In this document: positions 58,661 through 64,000 of the stretch, one piece after another | Layout of the letters: the number at the start of each line of letters is the position of its first letter | Numbering within the stretch: the stretch's first letter is position 1 | Source: Candidatus Bathyarchaeia archaeon | GTDB taxonomy: Archaea > Thermoproteota > Bathyarchaeia > 40CM-2-53-6 | Length of the DNA: 64,000 nucleotides | Direction of reading: 5' to 3' | NCBI GenBank assembly: GCA_050013255.1 | Contig: JBEKFP010000001.1 | Location: 1,024,001-1,088,000, forward strand | Notes under the pieces: generated by a model | Seen by the model: only the letters and a program-made list of their open reading frames with translations | The model's database searches: none | What the model was told of the DNA's origin: nothing | Made by a program: the position numbers and the translations under genes

Positions 58661-59653
58661 TCATTCAAGCAAGAAGCCGTTTACTAACGGGTCATTCTCA
58701 TCAAAAACGAGTTTGTTGAAACCTGTGATGTAGGCAGAGCCCGTGATTTCTGGAACAATCGCGTCATAATCACCTACCCTCGTTTCGCTGATAATTCTGC
58801 CTTTGAACTTAGTTCGGAGTATGCTTTCATGAACGAATGCGTCCCCGACTCGAAGCTCCCCTTCTGAATGAAGCAACGCCATTTTAGCACAGGTTCCTGT
58901 TCCGCATGGTGATCGGTCCAATTGCCCTCGTCCGAAAACAACAGCATTTTGTGCATGCGCGTCCTTGCTCTTAGGAGGGCCCGCGAATTCTACGAGTTCC
59001 ACCCGATTGATGTGTGGAAGGTTTGGATGGACGACCTTCTCTTGAGCATTCACGATCTTCTTGATTTCTATGCCCAAATCAATTAGAACGGTTTTGTTCC
59101 AAGGCTCCAAATCAACACCAAGTTCCTTTGCCTTCACATGCGCGAAAAAGTCTCCGCCGAAGAGCAGATCCACACTGATCAATTTGCGTCCCAGTGTTAC
59201 GTTTACGGTTCGAAGTCTGAATGCGGGAACGTTTTCGAAACTTACTGTTTGGACGCCGTTCCCTTGGTACCGCACTCTTGTCTTCACGACACCTGCTGAA
59301 GTGTCAATCAAGATTTCCTCTTTGGGTTCAATGATTTTCGTTTGGACAGCATAGGTGACAACACCTATCAGGCCATGCCCGCACATGTCCAGATAGCCTC
59401 CATTGTGCATCCAAAAGGCCCCAAGATCGCACCCTTTCCGTTTTGGAGGGCAAAGAATGGCTCCGAACATGTCGCTGTGCCCCCTTGGTTCTTCCAGTAC
59501 GAAGCGCCTAAACCAATCATGATTTGTTTGCATGTCGTCCTTGAGTTGCGCAATCGTTTCGCCACGGAGCGGGAAATCCGTCACGATCCGGGTAGGTTCC
59601 CCAGCAGTGTGCGTATCCACGACAGAATATTCGCGTTGGGACAAAAGCATCAA
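58661..59653 (-). CDS. Proline racemase / hydroxyproline 2-epimerase (Cys/Cys type)
   Basis: DTHTAGEPTR, EPRGHSDMFG, MCGH, DRSPCGTG. Confidence 0.92.
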   Translation of the reverse strand: MMLLSQREYSVVDTHTAGEPTRIVTDFPLRGETIAQLKDDMQTNHDWFRRFVLEEPRGHSDMFGAILCPPKRKGCDLGAFWMHNGGYLDMCGHGLIGVVTYAVQTKIIEPKEEILIDTSAGVVKTRVRYQGNGVQTVSFENVPAFRLRTVNVTLGRKLISVDLLFGGDFFAHVKAKELGVDLEPWNKTVLIDLGIEIKKIVNAQEKVVHPNLPHINRVELVEFAGPPKSKDAHAQNAVVFGRGQLDRSPCGTGTCAKMALLHSEGELRVGDAFVHESILRTKFKGRIISETRVGDYDAIVPEITGSAYITGFNKLVFDENDPLVNGFLLE

Positions 59654-60074
59654 GACACCTAATCGTTTACCTTCCTGAAAATCCTTGCGTCAACTCATTT
59701 TTCGGACGTGTCGGATTTCCTGCCCTGGACCACCAGTCTATCAGAATTCTATGCTGCGGTCGTGGAAAGAGGGATATCTACTAATCTTGCACCTCTAATC
59801 GGGCATTCTTGTGATTATTCTCATCATTGGGTTCATGTTCATATTGGGACTTAGGCTCCTCATTCAGACTGTATCTCTTCCGCTGATCCATTAGTTATTA
59901 GCAACCGACCTCCTGCTCTGCTGAGGCACCGGTCGAGGGTGATCTCGCTTACCGAGCCGAATCAAGACTGGAAGTCAGTTTTCTTCTGAGCCTCCTTAGC
60001 GGATGGCTGGCCAGCTCTTTCTTTTCTTTCTCACGCTGGGTTCTGCGGTTGGGATTGCTATCTTCGTCTAATAA

Positions 60075-61391
60075 TTAGTGGCGAGTTTGGACGTATTGTT
60101 CCACAGTAGACAGCAACTTCCGTATGTCCTCTACTGAATGCGCATAAGAGATTGCGCCGTGCAGCATTTCAGGTATGAGTACCAAGATGCCATTAGCAAG
60201 GAGGTGATTGAACAAGGTCTTTGATTGTTGATGGTCGCTCATAGCATGGCCGGTTACGTCTCGTAGAGGTTTCTTATTGATCATGTGTATAGAGACGAGG
60301 GAGCCGACGCCTGCTGCCTGTGCTGGGAATGCGTTCTTTTCGAAGATTGCGTTGAGGCCGTCTCGGGACATCTTCCCTAGTTCGTCAATATGGTCATGGA
60401 CTGGCTGATGTTCGAGCACATTAATAGTAGCGAGGCCTGCGGCTAAGCTGAGTGCGTTTCCCGCGAATGTTCCGCCATGATAAGCGTAATCCAAACCTGA
60501 ATACTTCAGGTGATCCATATGCTCCATAACGTCACGCCTTCCACAAACGGCGCCAATGGGAAGACCACCGCCGATGATCTTACCGAGAACCGTCAAATCC
60601 GGCATCACACCAAGAAAGCCCTGCGCTCCACTTAGACCAAGGCGGAAGCCAGTGACTACCTCATCATAGATTAGAAGAGTTCTAGTTCGGTCACAGTATC
60701 CTCTCAATGCCTTGAGGAAATCCATTTCAGCCGAAATGCCCCCTCCAGCTGACAAGACTGGCTCAAGAAGCACGCACGCTAGCTGTTCATCTCTGACGCG
60801 GTTCTTGAAACCTTCAAAATCATTGTACGGCACGACAACAGTATCTCGTTGCGAACCTTGCGTGATTCCTCCAGAAGGTGGTTGACCGTACGGAGGCTTT
60901 GTGGCCAAATGCAATGGGTCGTATGCGCCGTGCCACCCTCCTTCAAACTTTGCAATCTTAGAGCGCTTCGTGAAAGTTCTGGCAAGCCGGATGGCGAAGA
61001 GGTTCGCCTCGCTCCCGGAGCTTGTGTAGCGAACGAGCTCCGCGCTGGGCACGTGTTTTGTTATAGTTTCAGAAAGCGTAACTTCCAGTTCGTGGGCTAC
61101 ACCGAAGTGCCAACCCTTCTCAGCCTGCGCTTTGATGGCTTCCATGACAGTTGGATATGCGTGTCCGAGTATCATCGCGAAATGCGTACACCAGTAATCA
61201 GTGTATGTGTTGCCGTCGATGTCAACGAGTTTAGCCCCTCTGGCTTCCTTGGCGAAGAAGGGGTATGGTTCGAACCACCTAATGCCGTATGAGACGCCAG
61301 CCGGTTCAACTTTTTTGGCGCGTTCAAACATTGCGTGGGATTTCGGAGTTCGCGAAGCATATTCCGACTCTTTCAAAACTACGCTGTCCAA
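60075..61391 (-). CDS. Class III aminotransferase, glutamate-1-semialdehyde aminomutase-like
   Basis: DIDGNTYTD, ILGHA, SGSEA, KFEGGWHG, DEVVTGFR, LGKIIGGGLP, GTFAGN. Confidence 0.88.
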   Translation of the reverse strand: MDSVVLKESEYASRTPKSHAMFERAKKVEPAGVSYGIRWFEPYPFFAKEARGAKLVDIDGNTYTDYWCTHFAMILGHAYPTVMEAIKAQAEKGWHFGVAHELEVTLSETITKHVPSAELVRYTSSGSEANLFAIRLARTFTKRSKIAKFEGGWHGAYDPLHLATKPPYGQPPSGGITQGSQRDTVVVPYNDFEGFKNRVRDEQLACVLLEPVLSAGGGISAEMDFLKALRGYCDRTRTLLIYDEVVTGFRLGLSGAQGFLGVMPDLTVLGKIIGGGLPIGAVCGRRDVMEHMDHLKYSGLDYAYHGGTFAGNALSLAAGLATINVLEHQPVHDHIDELGKMSRDGLNAIFEKNAFPAQAAGVGSLVSIHMINKKPLRDVTGHAMSDHQQSKTLFNHLLANGILVLIPEMLHGAISYAHSVEDIRKLLSTVEQYVQTRH

Positions 61392-61714
61392 GCTTACGGC
61401 ACGAAAATGCTGTTTGAAAGGTAGCTAATTTCAGCTTTTCCCTCTGGAGTGGCCATAATGGGCGTGGCTGATGAAGAGGTGCGGAATCATCGGATCGCCC
61501 TCTACGGGGTCGAACAGGACCTAAGAGGACTGGGGGATGATTATGACAAGCGGGGCGAGCTCATTCGTGACAAGCTGTATGCTCTTGCCGGCGACCCACA
61601 CAATCCAGCAATTTCACCAATACGCGAAAGATTTGATTAGAGGTATCGCTTTAAAACTTGAACACACAACACTGATCGAGGGTAGAGCCGAAACGGTCCC
61701 AAGGTGACAGAGCC

Positions 61715-62335
61715 TTGACGAGAACACATGAAGCATTGAAGAGTGACCATCTCAATTTGCTGATTAATGGCACCTGGGTTGAGTCTCAATCTGAGGAGCT
61801 CCTCCCTGTGATGGATCCGGGGAGGGGAGAGGAGATTTGCAAAGTTCCCCTCGCTTTGGGAGAAGAGATTGACGCCGCCGCTATTTCATCTCAGAATGCG
61901 TTCGAGAAGTGGAGACTGGTTCCCCTTACAGAACGCATGCAATACTTGTTCAAGATGAAATATGTTTTCGAAGAGCGCTTCGAAGAACTGGCTCGAATCA
62001 ACACTCGGAATCATGGAAAGACGATTAAAGAGAGCAGAGGCGACGTAAGGCGCACCATTGAGAACGTTGAAGCTGCGATCGCCGCGGGTTACACTCTACT
62101 GAAGGGTGAACATCTAGATCAGATCGCTCAGGACATCGACGAAGGAACCGTGAACACCAACATCAAGCATGAATTTCGGTCCATTGCAACGAGGCGGGAT
62201 GTCTTAGATCGGCAAGAGTTGGATTTCAGTCAAACTGTATACCGTACGAACTCGTTCTCGCAGGGATTACCATGGGATATCCAGGCCTCCCTTTTCTCAG
62301 GGATGTATATCATGCCATCAAGAGTTCTGCTATGA
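61715..62335 (+). pseudogene. Truncated CoA-acylating methylmalonate-semialdehyde dehydrogenase-like ALDH
   Basis: LINGTWVES, AFEKW, HGKTIKESRGDVRRTIENVE, GEHLDQIAQDIDE. Homology ends near 62150 and the ORF runs on into the convergent gene; no catalytic Glu or Cys. Confidence 0.78.
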
Positions 62336-63312
62336 TGGGCCTTGGGTTTCGCAGGGTTTACGTGCGCGCATATCATGTTAGGTCTGTTTGCATGATCTCT
62401 GAGGAACTCTTGAAAGGTGTTCAGGTTGAGTTTCCCTTCGTTACTTTGTAGGAGTTCCAACATCCTATCGCATCTTGCTTCGCTGTTCACGCGAGAATCA
62501 CCACTCTTTGGATCAGTGAAACCCTCGGTTCCGTAAACGTAATGATTAGCGTGATGTAGGAAAACGTTGGACCTCGTTGCCGTTACTTTGAGCGGATTAG
62601 CCTCAACGTCAACTATGCCCTTATTGTCCCCAAGCATGAAGTTCAGAGCGTATGCTCTGTCGGCCCTTTCGATTGCGGCGACTGCCCCATCAAGGTCCTT
62701 CTGGTTAAGCACCTCTCTAACAATACAAAGCATAGGAACTCCCACCTTCGTCTTCTCGAAACCTAACGCGTTAATGCACACGCTCAGTCCGCTAGAGTTC
62801 ATGCCCATCATGGCCGGAGCGCCAGCGTAGCTATAGATCAACGCGTCGGGGCCATCTTTCTGCACATACTTGGTGAGCGTAACGCAGTCACCGTCTAGCC
62901 ATGGATCTATTCCTTCATCGTTGTTCTGCCCAACGTATGTTAATCCATCTGAAGTGGCCTTGTCTCTTGCGGCAAAAGACGTACACGCCTTGCTCAGTTT
63001 CGGGTAAAAGACCTCGTTAAACGCGGCAACCAGTAAGACTTCATTAGGTTGAATATCGGCTCCATCAGCCGTGCCCCTAATTTCTTCAGCAATTTCCTCC
63101 GAGTAGTCTCGGATAGGTCTCTCATACTGTGAAGCTTCTCGCAGGGCGTCTTCTCTGGAAGTTTGCAGATAGCGAACATAGAAGTCGTAGTGCGAATCAA
63201 TTAAACGCCTAATTAGAGGCTTGTAGCGAACGCCGTACGCGTACCCTCTCTCAAAAGCGCTTCCCCGCGCCTCGAGTACGTCCAACGTGTTGACGCTCAG
63301 TAGTTTTGCCAT
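62230..63312 (-). CDS. C45 family Ntn-hydrolase (isopenicillin-N acyltransferase-like)
   Basis: G...ERG..YG, EEIRG.ADG, ACTSF (autocleavage Cys), GQNND, GMNSSGL, HANHY. Start at ATG 63312. Confidence 0.88.
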   Translation of the reverse strand: MAKLLSVNTLDVLEARGSAFERGYAYGVRYKPLIRRLIDSHYDFYVRYLQTSREDALREASQYERPIRDYSEEIAEEIRGTADGADIQPNEVLLVAAFNEVFYPKLSKACTSFAARDKATSDGLTYVGQNNDEGIDPWLDGDCVTLTKYVQKDGPDALIYSYAGAPAMMGMNSSGLSVCINALGFEKTKVGVPMLCIVREVLNQKDLDGAVAAIERADRAYALNFMLGDNKGIVDVEANPLKVTATRSNVFLHHANHYVYGTEGFTDPKSGDSRVNSEARCDRMLELLQSNEGKLNLNTFQEFLRDHANRPNMICAHVNPAKPKAHHSRTLDGMIYIPEKREAWISHGNPCENEFVRYTV

Positions 63313-63427
63313 GACAACCAGACACGACCTGACCTCTTGGGACCCTATACGCATTTACACCGACTATCGGCAGCGACACTATGCTGCTTGCCCTTCATCT
63401 GCTTTCCTAGCGGGGTCGTCGATCCGG

Positions 63428-64000
63428 TCAACGAAGTATGAACCCTTCCTTTAATGGATCATCGGGGGAAATTAAGAATTCATTTCGACCTGTAATCCAG
63501 GCTCGCCCTTCAACTTGCGGTATTACTGCATCGTATTTTCCCTGTCTTGTAGTTTCTTTCACCCTTCCGGTGAATCGCGTGCCAAGTATACTCTCGACGA
63601 TAAAGGGTTCACCTTGTCTTAGACGCCCTCGCGCGGTTTCCAAAGCGAGTCTCGCACTGACACCAGTTCCAGTTGGGGAACGGTCCACTTCGCCATTAGC
63701 GAAAATGCACATATTTCGTGAATGTGCGTCCTGCGAGAATGCTGGGCCGACGAAAATTGTTCCATAAAGGAAAGAGAGAGCGTCTTCGAATGGGTGTTGG
63801 ACTTTTATGGACTCCATTACGGCACGCTTGATTTGCATACCATACTCGATTAGACGAGAAAAGGCGCGTGGGCTCAGTTCGACACCGATGTCGGCGGCTT
63901 GCACAAATGCGTAGAATGCTCCACCGAATGCTATGTCGTATCGGACCCGACCGAGTCCCTGCAGCTCTATGGTCTGGTCTAACGCGTAGACGAATGAAGG
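63428..64000 (-). CDS. Proline racemase family, trans-3-hydroxy-L-proline dehydratase type (5'-partial)
   Basis: Frame open to the window edge (PSFVY...DIAFGGAFYA); FLYGTI; DRSPTGTG has Thr in place of the second Cys. Confidence 0.85.
   Translation of the reverse strand, partial: PSFVYALDQTIELQGLGRVRYDIAFGGAFYAFVQAADIGVELSPRAFSRLIEYGMQIKRAVMESIKVQHPFEDALSFLYGTIFVGPAFSQDAHSRNMCIFANGEVDRSPTGTGVSARLALETARGRLRQGEPFIVESILGTRFTGRVKETTRQGKYDAVIPQVEGRAWITGRNEFLISPDDPLKEGFILR

Noticed and set aside
60075-61391. Calling the class III aminotransferase hemL
   Set aside because: No tetrapyrrole genes nearby, and the usual NSPVR and YHGH motifs are altered (SYGIR, WHGA).
61449-61640. 63-aa plus-strand ORF
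   Set aside because: No recognisable family; could be another remnant but cannot be supported.
1-64000. tRNA, rRNA, CRISPR arrays, transposases, integrases
   Set aside because: None recognised by eye; tRNAscan-SE, Infernal and ISEScan would be needed to exclude them formally.

Overview
Gene-dense archaeal-style region. Evidence for this is TATA-like boxes about 25 nt before apparently leaderless starts, GGTGA/GAGG SD motifs and oligo-T terminators; a Bathyarchaeia-like origin is a guess. The window is almost entirely devoted to scavenging and catabolising amino acids, peptides and amides, especially D- or non-canonical ones. It holds two Asp/Glu racemases, a proline racemase, a trans-3-hydroxyproline dehydratase-type gene, PhzF, L- and D-threonine aldolase families, threonine synthase paralogues, five aminotransferases, M14/M19/M20/M28/C45 hydrolases, an amidase, a creatininase, an acetamidase, RidA, an Opp/Dpp ABC transporter and two APC permeases. 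The most notable unexplained element is a three-gene module found twice in different arrangements: APC amino-acid permease, an uncharacterised Pol-beta-like nucleotidyltransferase and a calcineurin-like metallophosphoesterase (14.3-18.2 kb and 54.6-58.1 kb). A third NTase of the same family, missed by the ORF track, runs off the left edge. This looks like a writer/eraser nucleotidylation system linked to amino-acid uptake. The region also contains many truncated gene stubs. No rRNA, tRNA, CRISPR array or recognisable mobile element was seen.
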